Shown in pieces: positions 63,617 to 64,000 of a stretch of 64,000 bases of DNA. Every line of letters begins with the position of its first letter. Position 1 is the stretch's first letter. The translations under genes were made by a program, and so were the position numbers. This DNA comes from an uncultured Gemmatimonadota bacterium (GTDB taxonomy: Bacteria; Gemmatimonadota; Gemmatimonadetes; Palauibacterales; Palauibacteraceae), in NCBI GenBank assembly GCA_964509895.1, contig CAZDZJ010000006.1, forward strand, positions 2,523-66,522, given 5' to 3'. Under the pieces are notes generated by a model. It saw only the letters and a list, made by a program, of their open reading frames with translations, was not told the origin of the DNA and did no database searches.

Positions 63617-64000
63617 CGCCAGGTCCTGGCGCATCGCGGGTCTCGCCGGGATCGTCGCCGCCGGGTGCGCGGACGAGCCGGCGCCCGGCGCCGGCCCTTT
63701 GCGCGTGGACCAGCTCCGCGACGGCGGCCTCGTGTGGCCCGTGCTCGAACCCCGGACCTCCCCGGCCTTCCCCTACCCGGCCGCGGCTCTGGAGGACGGG
63801 GCGGCCGGAGAGATCCTCCTCCGCATCCGCATCTCCGACGCCGGACGTGTCGACTCGGTCTCGGTCGTGAGTTCTTCGGGCCATGCCGTCCTCGACTCCG
63901 CCGCCGTGGAAGGCGCCCGCCTCCTCCGGTACCGGCCCGCCCACCACCGCGGCGCCCCCACGGCGATCTGGGCGCGGCTCCCCGTTCGCTACCCGCCGCC
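63600..64000 (+). CDS. TonB C-terminal-domain lipoprotein (3' end outside window)
   Basis: It is absent from the ORF track because no stop lies in the window. ATG at 63600 gives MPIRRNARSWRIAGLAGIVAAGC..., then FPYPAAALEDGAAGEILLRIRISDAGRVDSVSVVSSSGHAVLDSAAVEGARLLRYRPA, a typical TonB_C motif. It overlaps the mutS end by 17 nt. Confidence 0.72.
   Translation, partial: MPIRRNARSWRIAGLAGIVAAGCADEPAPGAGPLRVDQLRDGGLVWPVLEPRTSPAFPYPAAALEDGAAGEILLRIRISDAGRVDSVSVVSSSGHAVLDSAAVEGARLLRYRPAHHRGAPTAIWARLPVRYPP

Noticed and set aside
1-64000. CRISPR arrays, IS elements, transposases, retron or DGR reverse transcriptases, and restriction-modification or other known defence genes.
   Set aside because: No regularly spaced repeats longer than two units were seen; the only tandem repeats are 2 x 18 bp, 2 x 18 bp and 2 x 12 bp. 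No ORF carries DDE, HNH, RT, Cas or methylase/ATPase defence-type motifs. A by-eye scan cannot exclude degenerate or small elements.

Overview
This is a very GC-rich, densely packed bacterial chromosomal segment. Third codon positions are almost all G/C, so every real gene is shadowed by long Arg/Pro/Gly-rich mirror ORFs. I call about 55 protein genes, one tRNA-Arg(TCG) and the RNase P RNA (rnpB).

The content is mostly core metabolism and envelope or secreted proteins:
- Folate and aromatic metabolism: folK, aroB, folE.
- Amino-acid and acyl-CoA metabolism: lysA, two acyl-CoA synthetases, gcdH, and an isopropylmalate/homocitrate-synthase-like enzyme next to an isocitrate/homoisocitrate-type dehydrogenase.
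- Sulfur amino acids: homocysteine S-methyltransferase and cystathionine beta-synthase.
- Respiration: Sco1 and CtaG cytochrome oxidase assembly factors.
- DNA and transcription: mpg, holA, mutS, a DEAD-box helicase, and an ECF sigma/anti-sigma pair.
- Secreted or lipoprotein hydrolases: M1, M16 x2, S9, GGT, a Tat-signal amidase, an HEXXH protease with Ig-like domains, a BNR/sortilin-like protein and a CRTAC1/ASPIC-UnbV protein.

The gene set (SusC/SusD pair, ASPIC/UnbV, BNR giants, DUF5916-like relic) fits a Gemmatimonadota-like or similar high-GC Gram-negative organism. That placement is an inference.

I see no CRISPR array, transposase, integrase, prophage or obvious defence island. The only classic accessory module is a vapBC toxin-antitoxin pair next to the tRNA. 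Many adjacent genes share 1-4 nt start/stop overlaps (ATGA/GTGA/TTGA), which I used to set start codons and infer operons.

No clear novel system emerged. The five candidates most worth a second look are:
1. A 772-aa protein combining NYN, two OST-HTH modules, a basic low-complexity tract and an HhH segment.
2. A translationally coupled operon of beta-propeller, Ig-like/HEXXH-protease lipoprotein and outer-membrane barrel.
3. A terminator-bearing leader upstream of folE.
4. A Sco1/CtaG operon extended by DUF445, a lipoprotein and DUF1499.
5. A tightly coupled mixed operon starting with a nucleotidyltransferase and an IPMS-like enzyme.

All product calls rest on motif recognition by eye. No searches were run.
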